The notes beneath the pieces are model-generated. The model saw only the letters and a program-made list of their open reading frames with translations, searched no databases and was not told the origin of the DNA. Below are positions 7,367 to 16,652 of a stretch of 45,375 nucleotides of DNA, in pieces (the stretch's first letter is position 1; every line of letters begins with the position of its first letter). A program made the translations under genes and the position numbers. The stretch comes from a virus (taxonomy: Duplodnaviria > Caudoviricetes). Location of the stretch: positions 1 through 45,375 of the IMG/VR virus record IMGVR_UViG_3300022876_000180; one strand, 5' to 3'.

Positions 7367-8395
7367 ATGACTACGGCAAGATATACAAGGAAGCCTGTTT
7401 ATAGTCTGAAAGCTCTCGGGCTAATGCTGGGAGAGAGCTCTGAGTTGCTTTTAAAGTTAGGTGCAAGTAGTAGTGGGCTTTACCGTGAAGTTCTGCAGCA
7501 GAAAAAAGACAAGTCGGTAAGGGTGACCTTTGATGCTTTTCAGCCATTGAAAAGGGTTCAGAGAAAAATAGTAGACAGATTGCTGATCCATGTTAGTTAT
7601 CCCAGCTATCTTCATGGTGGTATTCGGGATGTAGACTCTCCCAGAAGTCCTCTTTCAAACGCTCGGACACACCTCGGGGCAAAATCAATCGCACTGCAGG
7701 ATATAACTAATTTTTTTCCATCTATCTCAAGAGATAAGGTGAAAAATATTTTTACGGGGTTCTTTGGTTTTGGATCGGGAGTATCTGAGCTACTGTCGTT
7801 ACTTGTGACGAAGGATGGCTTTGTTCCGCAGGGAGCAAGTACTAGCAGCTATTTGGCAAATCTTGTGTTTTGGGATGTTGAGCCTCGTTTAGTAGGCTGG
7901 ATCCATAGTCAAAATCTTATATATACCCGCTTTGCTGATGATATTACGATTTCGTCGAAAGTATTTGTCAGCGATGAACAGTGGGCGGAGATAATAAGTA
8001 AGGTTACAGGGATGCTCGCTAGTAAAGGCTTCAAGCAAAAGAGAACTAAGTTGCATGTTCTAAAAAAAGGGCAAGCACTGACAAAAGGGGATAAGCCCGA
8101 GCCGCTCGTTATTACAGGCTTAGGTATATCAGGGAGTTCTACTGGTGTGATAAAGGCTGAGCGGCATAAAATCAGGGCTGCTGTAAGGCAGTTTGAGGTC
8201 GCGATAGAGTCTGGGAGTAGCTTTGATGAGGTAGCTCATCTTTATCATAGTGCAATGGGGCGAGTGGGGCGCATGCTTGCATGCGGACAGCCATCGGGCT
8301 TTGAGTTCAAAAAGCGTCTGAATGAAGCCAAAAGGCTAGGTCAGATTTCATTGATAGATAAATATATCGCTGAAACGAGTACCGTAAGTGATTAA
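7367..8395 (+). CDS. Retron-type reverse transcriptase (342 aa, no fused effector)
   Basis: NARTH (retron NAxxH, aa 98-102), DITNFFPSI, PQGASTS, YTRFADD (FADD at aa 189-192), ITG (VTG-like, aa 249-251). Confidence 0.9.
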   Translation: MTTARYTRKPVYSLKALGLMLGESSELLLKLGASSSGLYREVLQQKKDKSVRVTFDAFQPLKRVQRKIVDRLLIHVSYPSYLHGGIRDVDSPRSPLSNARTHLGAKSIALQDITNFFPSISRDKVKNIFTGFFGFGSGVSELLSLLVTKDGFVPQGASTSSYLANLVFWDVEPRLVGWIHSQNLIYTRFADDITISSKVFVSDEQWAEIISKVTGMLASKGFKQKRTKLHVLKKGQALTKGDKPEPLVITGLGISGSSTGVIKAERHKIRAAVRQFEVAIESGSSFDEVAHLYHSAMGRVGRMLACGQPSGFEFKKRLNEAKRLGQISLIDKYIAETSTVSD

Positions 8396-8399
8396 GAAG

Positions 8400-9047
8400 T
8401 TAGAGGCTAGAGATCTTCCAACGAGCTCTACCACAGATGCTCCATTCTTCATCTAATTTAATTATTCTTTCTGGCCAGTCAGGATTCAATGCATATAGGA
8501 ACTGTTCATTTCCCTCTTGTCTAAGCTGTTTCAGAGTTGCAGCTTGATCTCTTGTTCTTTTCGCCGCGACGAAATGACCTGGAAGTGACTCAAGAGATGG
8601 ATCAATGACAATCATGTCACCTTCAAGAAATTTCGGCTCCATGCTCATTCCTTCGACTCTGAGAATGAATGCTTTAGGTCCCACTGGGCCTGGGGCTTCA
8701 ATCCATTCCTCTGCATCCCGAGAATCGAAACTGCCTTGAGGTTCACACCACGCTCCAGCTGCGATCGACCCAATTACTGGTAGTTTTCTACCTGTATGGC
8801 TGAGAATTGTGGTGTTGCTGAACTCGTCCAGGCCAAATGGCATGTCGAGATAGCCATTGTGAAGATTTAGAGCAACCTCTAACTCGCGGGCAATCTGATC
8901 ACCAATTCCTTTCGTGGGGTTCTTCCCCCCAAAAGCACTTACCTGTGCTGGTGCCTTCCCAAGCAAATCAGCAATGTCAGTAAGCCGCAGCTTCTTTTCA
9001 GCGAGCACGCGACGGAAATTCTGGAGGCGGGTATCTGAAATTTTCAT
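8400..9047 (-). CDS. cI: CI-like repressor (HTH + S24 peptidase)
   Basis: N-terminal HTH, AG cleavage site (IAAG), GMSM serine and TLKQL lysine. Confidence 0.9.
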   Translation of the reverse strand: MKISDTRLQNFRRVLAEKKLRLTDIADLLGKAPAQVSAFGGKNPTKGIGDQIARELEVALNLHNGYLDMPFGLDEFSNTTILSHTGRKLPVIGSIAAGAWCEPQGSFDSRDAEEWIEAPGPVGPKAFILRVEGMSMEPKFLEGDMIVIDPSLESLPGHFVAAKRTRDQAATLKQLRQEGNEQFLYALNPDWPERIIKLDEEWSICGRARWKISSL

Positions 9048-9066
9048 GTGCTGATTTTGGCTTGAT

Positions 9067-9125
9067 TAACCTTTTGGGTGAATGTCCAAAATGGTATTGA
9101 AAAAATTAACCTTTATGGTTAAATT
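9067..9125. promoter_or_regulatory. OR-like operators and pR promoter
   Basis: TAACC-N5-GGTGA (9067-9081), TAACC-N5-GGTTA (9107-9121); TTGAAA (9097-9102)-17-TAAATT (9120-9125). Confidence 0.75.
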
Positions 9126-9146
9126 TGATGCAGGGAGGTACATATC

Positions 9147-9377
9147 ATGAAGCTACGCGATTACATCAACGATCTTGACCCCACTGCGCTCAAGGCATAC
9201 GCCGAGCGATGCGGCATTGCTGTCAGCTACCTTCGTTTGCACATCAAATATGCAAGCAAGGACCCTAGCGTCTCTTTGATCAAATCCTTGACGCTTCAGA
9301 GCGAAGGCTATGTTTCGCTTTCAGATGTTCTCGAGCATTTCGGTATTACCGAGACGATTGTGCATAAAGCCGCGTAG
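9147..9377 (+). CDS. cro: Cro-like regulator
   Basis: 76-aa HTH divergent from cI; GGAGG RBS. Confidence 0.75.
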   Translation: MKLRDYINDLDPTALKAYAERCGIAVSYLRLHIKYASKDPSVSLIKSLTLQSEGYVSLSDVLEHFGITETIVHKAA

Positions 9378-9381
9378 TAAG

Positions 9382-9650
9382 AAAAAAGGCGGCCTATAGG
9401 CCGCCCAGTTCCTCCCGGCACGCACCACCACAGCGCTGTCGGGTCGCGATAAAGGTAGGCGGGCACACCACATGCGAACCGTCGACCTTTACCGCGCTTT
9501 CCAAGGCTCGGAAGCCTTGGGTTGCTGCCTTTCTCCACCACAGATAGGGCAGCTGTTGCGCCAGGGGTGAGCAACGGATGCTTGCCCCGGTACGGTGCCG
9601 GTGTCGGTCTTGCGGACCTAGCCGGCTTTTGGGCCCTTTCAGCCACGCGG
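9382..9650 (-). ncRNA. Putative structured antisense/small RNA with UGUGGUG loops
   Basis: Minus-strand terminator (ggcggcctataggccgcc + T6) at 9382-9405; several hairpins, some needing G-U pairs available only on the minus strand; possible extended -10 (TGaTACATT) near 9653-9661. Confidence 0.5.
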
Positions 9651-9706
9651 CAAATGTATCACCACTGCATGCCGCGCGGCACTGGCAACTTATTAGGATT
9701 AATGCC

Positions 9707-10225
9707 ATGAGCCGAATTGCTCTGAGTTGTGTTGACCGGGCGCAGCGGGAAGTCCTGCCGCTCGATCTAGCGCTTTACCATGCTGCACGGGACTATCCCG
9801 GCGGCGCCGCAGCCATCGCCGCCACCACCGGCAGAAACGCCACCACCCTGCAGCACAAGCTGTCCCCGACCCACCCCAGCCACACCGTGAACATTCAGGA
9901 ATTCGGCGAGATCCTGGAACTGACCAAGGATCGCCGCATTCTGGATGCGGTGCATGCGCTGGTCGGAGATACGACCTGGCAGGAGCTGGCTGAGGCGTAC
10001 ACCAACGACATGCCCGAAACCCTGACCACTGGCATTGCGGAGTATTTCCGGCAGGTGGCCGCCCTGGCCGAGACCTGGGCCAAGAGCATCGGTGATGGGG
10101 TGGTGAGCGACCAAGAACTGGCCGCGATCCGCCTGCAGGTGTTCCGCGGAATTCAGGGGCTGCTGGGGTTGTTCAACCGCGCTACCTATGTCAACCAGAC
10201 AACGCGGGGTGCTGACCATGGCTGA
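9707..10225 (+). CDS. Phage regulatory protein, CII family
   Basis: ALYHAARDYPGGAAAIA..TLQHKLSP motif. Confidence 0.75.
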   Translation: MSRIALSCVDRAQREVLPLDLALYHAARDYPGGAAAIAATTGRNATTLQHKLSPTHPSHTVNIQEFGEILELTKDRRILDAVHALVGDTTWQELAEAYTNDMPETLTTGIAEYFRQVAALAETWAKSIGDGVVSDQELAAIRLQVFRGIQGLLGLFNRATYVNQTTRGADHG

Positions 10226-10445
10226 TATTGCCGACTTCGCTAACGACCTGGTGCAGGAGCGAATCGACCAGGCGCTCGCCGCACGTAACGCCGCCAAGCC
10301 TGCATTGGCGGCGCATTCGTTCATGTTCTGTGAGGGATGCGAAGAGCCAATCCCGGAAGCACGCCGTTTAGCTTCGCCGGGGTGCACCCAGTGTGTGAGT
10401 TGCCAGTCCATCGACGAAGCGTGGGAGGCCCGCCATGCTCGATGA
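10218..10445 (+). CDS. TraR/DksA C4 zinc-finger protein
   Basis: MADIADFA; CEGCEEPIPEARR..CTQCVSC. Confidence 0.88.
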   Translation: MADIADFANDLVQERIDQALAARNAAKPALAAHSFMFCEGCEEPIPEARRLASPGCTQCVSCQSIDEAWEARHAR

Positions 10446-12651
10446 AGTGTTGGGGCAATTCGCAGACTACGGCCTTGAGCCCGCGCAGCCGCTGGTTTTC
10501 GGCAAGCTGACACGCTGCAAAACCTCGCAGGACAAGGGCAAGGAAAAGAACGGTTGGTACGTCGTCCATGAGCATCAGACTGAGAAAGGCGAGACGCTGA
10601 TTTTCGGCAGCTTCGGTGACTGGCGCTCGGGCGAGACGCAGAAAATCAAGGTCAAGGCCGGGCGGATGTCGCCGGAGGAGCGCGAGGTTATGCGCGCTCG
10701 GCAGGAAGAGGCCAAGCGCCGCGCCGCCGAGATCGCGGCTAATGCCGCACGTCGGGCGGCGAAACGGGCGGCAGGTATGTTCAACCGCATGCCGGAAAAG
10801 GGGCGCAGCGACTATCTGGATCGCAAACAGATCGTCGGCTTCGGCGTTCGCTATGCGCCGCGGTCTGGGTCTTTCCTGGTGCCGATGTGCAACGTACGGG
10901 ACGAGATTGTCGGCCTGCAGGTGGTCTTTCCATCGAAGCAGGAGGACACCGGCCGGGACAAGTCCTATTGGCCCTACGGGATGTCGAAGGAGGGGGCGTT
11001 TCACTTGATCGGCCCGCATCCAGATCCTGGGGAGCCCGTGCTGGTCTGTGAGGGATACGCTACCGGCGCCAGCCTGCATATGGCGACCTCGCTGACGGTC
11101 GCCGTCGCGTTCGATGCGGGCAACCTATTGGTGGTCTGCAAGGCCATGCGCGAGCGCTTTGCAGGCTGCCCGCTGATCATCTGCCGAGACGATGACTGGA
11201 AGACCACGAAGCCGAATGGTGATCCATGGAACCCTGGCGAGGAGAAAGCCAACAATGCCGCGCTGATCGTCGGTGGCCAGGTGGTTGCGCCGATCTTTTC
11301 CGGCGAGCGACAAGAGAAGTGGACCGACTTTAATGACCTGCATGTTGCCGAAGGCCTGGAGGCGGTACGTCGCCAGGTATTGGCGGTGGTCAAGCCGCCT
11401 GCAGCCGGCGGCTGGAAGGATCTGTTGGCTCGTAGCGAAAGCGGCGCATTGATCGCCCATATGCAGAACGTCGAGCTGATCCTGGCCAATGACGAACGCT
11501 GGGCTGGGGTGATCAGTTACAGCGCCTTCAGCTCGAAGATCGTTAAGTTGCGTGCGGCCCCTTATGGCGGTGGCACGGGCGATTGGGCCGACATCGACGA
11601 TATGCGTGTCATGAAGTGGCTCGCGCAGCAGTACAACTTGCGGGTCAAGGCGTCCCACGTGATCGAGGCGGTCAGTGTGGTTGCCCATGACCATGCCTTT
11701 CACCCGGTGCGCCAGTACCTGCAAAAGCTGGAGTGGGACCGAGTGCCACGCCTGGAAAGCTGGTTGACTGACGTCATGGGCGTGAAGCCCAGCGACTACA
11801 CGTCCAAGGTCGGTAAACGCTGGATGCTCTCGGCTGTAGCCAGGGTGATGAAACCCGGCTGCAAGGCCGACTCAGTGATGATTCTCGAAGGGGCTCAGGG
11901 CGCTGGTAAGTCAACGGCGATGAGCATCCTCGGCGGCGAGTGGTTCATGGACACGCCGTTCGCCCTGGGCGACAAGGACGGTTTCCAGGCAATCCGCGGT
12001 AAGTGGATCGTCGAACTGGGCGAGCTGGACAGCTTCAACAAGGCCGAGTCGACCAAGGCCAAGCAGTTCTTCTCGGCATCCACTGATACCTACCGCGAGA
12101 GCTACGGCCGCAGGACTATGGACGTGCCACGCCAGTGTGTTTTCGTGGGTACGACCAACCAGGATGAATACCTCAAGGACGCCACGGGCAACCGCCGCTA
12201 TTGGCCGGTGGCATGCACCAAGGTCGAGCTCGAGCTGCTGCGGCAGATCCGCGATCAGCTGTGGGCCGAGGCCATGTTCTGCTATGAGGCGGGCGACCTC
12301 TGGTGGGTAACGTTGGACGAGGCGGCGATGTTCGGCGAAGAGCAAGACGAACGCTTCGTGGTGGATGAGTGGGAAGGTCCAATCCTGACCTGGCTTGAAG
12401 AGTCGCAGATCGGCGAAACCACCACTGGCAGTGAGGTGCTGGCCAGTGCACTGAAGCTCGACTACGGGCATTGGGGCAAGCCGGAGCAGATACGGGTCGG
12501 GGCGATCATGCATCGGCTGGGTTGGCGGCGTGTGCGTTTGCCGGCGTTGGTGAAAAGCGGTCAGCGGCCCTGGGCTTACAAGAAGCCGGCTGGGTGGGGC
12601 GGTGCGTCAGCGTTGCAGCGGGAAGCGTTCGAGGAGCCTTGCTTTGATTAA
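10435..12651 (+). CDS. Primase-helicase (TOPRIM + VapE-like ATPase)
   Basis: EGYATG, DDD and DFND TOPRIM motifs; GAQGAGKS Walker A; DATGNRRYW. Confidence 0.88.
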   Translation: MLDEVLGQFADYGLEPAQPLVFGKLTRCKTSQDKGKEKNGWYVVHEHQTEKGETLIFGSFGDWRSGETQKIKVKAGRMSPEEREVMRARQEEAKRRAAEIAANAARRAAKRAAGMFNRMPEKGRSDYLDRKQIVGFGVRYAPRSGSFLVPMCNVRDEIVGLQVVFPSKQEDTGRDKSYWPYGMSKEGAFHLIGPHPDPGEPVLVCEGYATGASLHMATSLTVAVAFDAGNLLVVCKAMRERFAGCPLIICRDDDWKTTKPNGDPWNPGEEKANNAALIVGGQVVAPIFSGERQEKWTDFNDLHVAEGLEAVRRQVLAVVKPPAAGGWKDLLARSESGALIAHMQNVELILANDERWAGVISYSAFSSKIVKLRAAPYGGGTGDWADIDDMRVMKWLAQQYNLRVKASHVIEAVSVVAHDHAFHPVRQYLQKLEWDRVPRLESWLTDVMGVKPSDYTSKVGKRWMLSAVARVMKPGCKADSVMILEGAQGAGKSTAMSILGGEWFMDTPFALGDKDGFQAIRGKWIVELGELDSFNKAESTKAKQFFSASTDTYRESYGRRTMDVPRQCVFVGTTNQDEYLKDATGNRRYWPVACTKVELELLRQIRDQLWAEAMFCYEAGDLWWVTLDEAAMFGEEQDERFVVDEWEGPILTWLEESQIGETTTGSEVLASALKLDYGHWGKPEQIRVGAIMHRLGWRRVRLPALVKSGQRPWAYKKPAGWGGASALQREAFEEPCFD

Positions 12652-13006
12652 GCGGATCGACGACATGCTCAAGCTGTGGGCTGAGGATCTGCATAGTCCG
12701 CACGAAGGTGGCTCGGAGCTGGGCGGCGGCAACATGATCGCGATGCTGATGGAGTGTAAGGGCGAGCTGATACGAGGGACTCGCGGCAGTCGGGTGTTGC
12801 TGGACGAGTCGGCGGATATCGAGCTGATCGTGAACAAACATCTGCCTGCGCAGCTGTCGGTTCTTGTCCGGGAGCACTACTGCAACCACGACAGCTTCTT
12901 GTCGCAGAAGATGTTGCATTGTGGGTGCAGTGCGCCGACCTACTACCGCCGCCTGCATGAAGCTCATGTACTGATCGACGGCATGCTGATGGGGAAGGCC
13001 GCGTGA
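12644..13006 (+). CDS. Putative late regulator/antiterminator-like protein
   Basis: TTG start with GAGGAG RBS; C-terminal HTH-like CGCSAPTYYRRLHEAH; position before late genes. Confidence 0.55.
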   Translation: MIKRIDDMLKLWAEDLHSPHEGGSELGGGNMIAMLMECKGELIRGTRGSRVLLDESADIELIVNKHLPAQLSVLVREHYCNHDSFLSQKMLHCGCSAPTYYRRLHEAHVLIDGMLMGKAA

Positions 13007-13031
13007 CCTCAGGCATGACCTCGGCTGTCGC

Positions 13032-13308
13032 TGTCCCATTGGCCCGTGTTTGCCCCATTGCGTTTAGGTGCGATGGGACAAGTGCGGGCCTTGTGTTTGT
13101 TGCCCTGTCCCATAGTCCCATCCAAGAACGCATCCCGCTCGTGTGAGCGAAGCACAAGCCTGTACGCGCTGTCGCGCGTATGCGTGTTTTTAGATTTTCT
13201 TCTTTACACGAGAAAAAGTAGAAACAGATAGGACAATGGGGCAGAGCCCCGAATTTAGGCGCTCTCAGGAGTCCCATACTGATTCTGATGTATGGGACAT
13301 ATGAGACA
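13032..13308. repeat. Iteron-like TGTCCCA/TGGGACA repeats, candidate replication origin
   Basis: About nine exact or one-mismatch copies in both orientations around an AT-rich centre. Confidence 0.55.
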
Positions 13309-13336
13309 CCGCCGAACCAACAGAATGCCGTGGGGA

Positions 13337-13367
13337 GATATTCGCCGATATTCGCCAGACATTCGCC
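13337..13367 (+). repeat. GA(T/C)ATTCGCC x3 tandem repeat upstream of late operon
   Basis: Copies at 13337, 13347 and 13358. Confidence 0.7.
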
Positions 13368-13535
13368 CGGTGTAGCCCACTTATTCACCGGGTGGCATTA
13401 AAGTGGGGTTGCTGCCATGAGAATCGACCTGTAAAAAGTAGCCATCTTCGATAGGTGCGACCGCAGAGAGCGGCAGACACCACACTCACCAAACCCGGCC
13501 CTTGTGCCGGGTTTTTGCGTTTAAGGGGCAGGGGA

Positions 13536-13880
13536 ATGACGAACGAGCAGCAAACGCTGGTGGACATGCCGATCTGGATGCTGATCGTGCTTTCACTGGT
13601 CGGCGGTGTTTCCGGAGAGATGTGGCGAGCCGACAAGGCGGGCGCCCGGGGCTGGTCCTTGATTCGCCGCCTGGCGCTGAGATCGGGAGCCTGTGTGGTA
13701 TGCGGGCTTGGCACCATCATGCTGTTGCACGCCGCCGGGGTTTCGATTCTTGCTGCAGGCGGGATCGGATGCCTCACGGCAATGGCCGGCGCCGATGTTG
13801 CGATTGGCCTGTACGAACGCTGGGCCGCAAAGCGGTTGGGCGTTTCCGATCTGCCTCCCGGCAGCGGCGGGGCAGTCTGA
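13536..13880 (+). CDS. Phage holin
   Basis: 114 aa with about three hydrophobic Gly-rich helices; first late gene. Confidence 0.75.
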   Translation: MTNEQQTLVDMPIWMLIVLSLVGGVSGEMWRADKAGARGWSLIRRLALRSGACVVCGLGTIMLLHAAGVSILAAGGIGCLTAMAGADVAIGLYERWAAKRLGVSDLPPGSGGAV

Positions 13881-14025
13881 AATTGCCGGGGACCCTGAGG
13901 ATATCCAGAGGACACGGGGCTCGAAACCCGCGGGAAAGTGTTAGCGGCAGGGCTGCCAGCTTACTGAAATTCAATCCATTGAAATTGAAAGGTTTCCATT
14001 GAAAAACCGTTGAAAAGGAGGGCTC

Positions 14026-14625
14026 ATGGCAGAACCACTTTTCCTGTCAAAGAGCGCCTTCGCGGCTCGCCTTGGCAGGGCGCCCAGTTACATCACCTGG
14101 TTGAAAAACAACAACCGACTGGTGCTGACCGATGACGGCAAGCTGGTGGATGTTCTGGCCAGCGAGGCGTTGATTCGCGACACCGCGGACCCGAGCAAGG
14201 CCGCCGTCGCCGACCGCCACCAACAGGAGCGGATTCAGCGCGACGTTTACGGCCAGCTCTCCACCTCGGCCGAGCCGACTTCCACGGCTGCGCCGCCGCC
14301 CGCGATCACACCTGCGGGGCAGCTTCCCGACTTCCAGAAGGCACGTGCACTGCGCGAACACAACCTGGCCCAACTGGCGGAAATCGAGCTGCACAAAGCA
14401 AAGGGGTCGCTGGTTGTCATGAAGGCCGTGGAAACCGGCGCTTACAACGCTGGCCGCCTGCTGCGTGATCAGCTGCTGGGCATGCCGCCGCAACTGGCCC
14501 CCGAGCTGGCAGCCATGACGGACCCTTGGGAAATCGAGAAGCACCTGACGGCGGCGCTCCGCCGCTCGCTGGAGGATGCCGAGCGGCTGTCCTCGGCGGA
14601 CCTTGAACACGACCTAACGAGTTAA
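14026..14625 (+). CDS. Terminase small subunit
   Basis: N-terminal wHTH (SKSAFAARLG), directly upstream of TerL. Confidence 0.8.
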   Translation: MAEPLFLSKSAFAARLGRAPSYITWLKNNNRLVLTDDGKLVDVLASEALIRDTADPSKAAVADRHQQERIQRDVYGQLSTSAEPTSTAAPPPAITPAGQLPDFQKARALREHNLAQLAEIELHKAKGSLVVMKAVETGAYNAGRLLRDQLLGMPPQLAPELAAMTDPWEIEKHLTAALRRSLEDAERLSSADLEHDLTS

Positions 14626-14629
14626 GCCC

Positions 14630-16651
14630 ATGCCCACGGAATTTCCTGACGGTGCAGAGGTGTACCGCGAGGCGTATTTCCGAGGGCTGCGACCTGACCC
14701 GGATCTCTGGATCAATGAGTGGGCCGACGATTACATGCGCATTCCGCGTGATGCCGGTGCCGCCGAGCCCGGCCAGTACCGCACCTCGCGCACGCCGTAT
14801 GCACGCGAGCCTATGCGTTGCCTGTCACCGGCTCACCCCTGTAAGCGAGTGGTCACCATGGTGGCCTCGCAGTTGATGAAAACGCAGATCGCCTTGAACT
14901 GGATTGGTGGCCTGATTCACATGGCGCCGTCCAACATTCTGGCGCTGCTGCCAAGCCTCGGCCTGGCCAAGCGGGTGTCGTCCCGGATCAATAAAACGAT
15001 CAAGGCTACGCCGGTTCTGCGCGAGCGTGTGGCTTCCAGTCGCTCGCGGGATGCGCGCAACACCATGGACACCAAGGAGTTCGAGGGTGGTTCGTTGTAC
15101 GTCACCACCGCCGGGTCGGCGGCCAACTTGGCCGAGCTGTCGGCGCGCTATGTCTACGGTGACGAGATTGACCGATGGCAGGTGGACGTGGGGGAAGAGG
15201 GTGACCCTATCGAGCTGGCGGAGACTCGGGGGAGCACCTTTGGCCGAAACGCCAAGTTCTACTTCTCCAGTTCGCCGACGATCAAGGGCGCCTCCCGGAT
15301 CGACGATCTGTTCCAGGGTAGCGACCAGCGTTACTTCTACGTCCCTTGTCCGACCTGTGGGCACATGCAAACCCTGGAATGGGAGCGCCTGTACTACTCG
15401 AAGGACTACAACATTGTGCATTACCAGTGCGCAAACTCTGACTGTGACGTGCTGATCGAGGAACACCACAAAGGCGAAATGCTCGCCAAAGGCGAATGGC
15501 GCGCCCACGCCGAGGGTGACGGCGAGACGATTGGGTTCCACCTCAATGCGCTGTACTCGCCGCCGGGCTGGATGGACTGGCGGTCCCTGGCCAAGCAGTT
15601 CGAGAAAGCCAAAAAGGCCCAGGCTAAAGGCGACCTTGAGCCCATGCAGGTGTTTTACAACACCCGTCTGGCGAAGGTCTGGGACTCAGCGCAAGAGCAG
15701 ACCAAGGCCGACACGCTGAAGGCCAGGGCACGGCTGGAGACTTACGGCCTCGGCTCGATGCCGGCCGGGGTGTTGATGATTACCGGCGCTGTCGATGTAC
15801 AAGCCAACCGCCTGGAATTTATGGCGATGGGCTGGGGCGTTGGTATGGAGCGCTGGGTTATCGACTATCAGATCGTCGCGGGCGACCCCGCGGACGAGCG
15901 CACCTGGGCGGCGTTGGACGAATTGCTCAAGGTCAAGTATCGCCATCCGTGCGGCGTCGGGTTGGGCATTCTGGCGGTGGCGGTCGACTCTGGCGGCCAC
16001 CACACGGACGAGGTTTACCAGTTCTGCCGTGTGCGGCGCTGGCGCAACGTGTTTGCCATCAAGGGTGCGAGTAAGCCCGGTAAGCCAGTGATTGCCCAGC
16101 GGCCATCCATGGTGGATGTCACCTGGAAGGGTCAGACGGAGCGGGGTGGTGCCGAGCTGTGGTTTGTTGGTACTGACACGGCAAAGGACTGGATCTACAA
16201 CCGCTATCCGTTCGAGTCCGGACCAGGTGCCTTGCACTTCGCCAATGATTTGCCCGATGACTTCTTCGCGCAGTGCGTGGCGGAGCGCAAGGTCGCTCGC
16301 TACGTGCGGGGCCATAAGCGCATCGAGTGGGTCAAGGGCAAGGCCGAGCGCAACGAGGCGCTCGACCTGATGGTGTACTGCCTGGCAATGGCCCATTACT
16401 TGGGCCTCAACCGCTACAAGGAACACGACTGGGAGCGGGTGCGTCAGGCCCTGGCTCAGTCCGGGCTGTTCGACGATGCCCAGGGCATCAAGCCCGTTCA
16501 GGGCGAGCGCCTCAGCAGTGCCGATGTGTCGGTGCCTGAATCAGCAACGCAACAACCCGCACCGCAACCCCTTGCACCGGCTGTGCAATCGCGACCGGCT
16601 GCACCACCTCAACGCCGCAGCTCCAGCAGCGGTTACCTGAAGAGACGCTGA
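14630..16651 (+). CDS. Terminase large subunit (lambda GpA family)
   Basis: RTPYAREPM, ASQLMKT, GDEID, SSPT, CPTC, VDSGG, RNEALD. Confidence 0.93.
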   Translation: MPTEFPDGAEVYREAYFRGLRPDPDLWINEWADDYMRIPRDAGAAEPGQYRTSRTPYAREPMRCLSPAHPCKRVVTMVASQLMKTQIALNWIGGLIHMAPSNILALLPSLGLAKRVSSRINKTIKATPVLRERVASSRSRDARNTMDTKEFEGGSLYVTTAGSAANLAELSARYVYGDEIDRWQVDVGEEGDPIELAETRGSTFGRNAKFYFSSSPTIKGASRIDDLFQGSDQRYFYVPCPTCGHMQTLEWERLYYSKDYNIVHYQCANSDCDVLIEEHHKGEMLAKGEWRAHAEGDGETIGFHLNALYSPPGWMDWRSLAKQFEKAKKAQAKGDLEPMQVFYNTRLAKVWDSAQEQTKADTLKARARLETYGLGSMPAGVLMITGAVDVQANRLEFMAMGWGVGMERWVIDYQIVAGDPADERTWAALDELLKVKYRHPCGVGLGILAVAVDSGGHHTDEVYQFCRVRRWRNVFAIKGASKPGKPVIAQRPSMVDVTWKGQTERGGAELWFVGTDTAKDWIYNRYPFESGPGALHFANDLPDDFFAQCVAERKVARYVRGHKRIEWVKGKAERNEALDLMVYCLAMAHYLGLNRYKEHDWERVRQALAQSGLFDDAQGIKPVQGERLSSADVSVPESATQQPAPQPLAPAVQSRPAAPPQRRSSSSGYLKRR

Positions 16652-16652
16652 T

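Noticed and set aside
7367-8395. DGR or group II intron RT
   Set aside because: Has NAxxH/ITG retron motifs; no maturase or endonuclease domain, no Avd-like gene, and I saw no TR/VR pair with the tail fibre.
9394-9708. ORFs within the cro-cII gap
   Set aside because: No recognisable motifs; dense hairpins are better explained as RNA structure.
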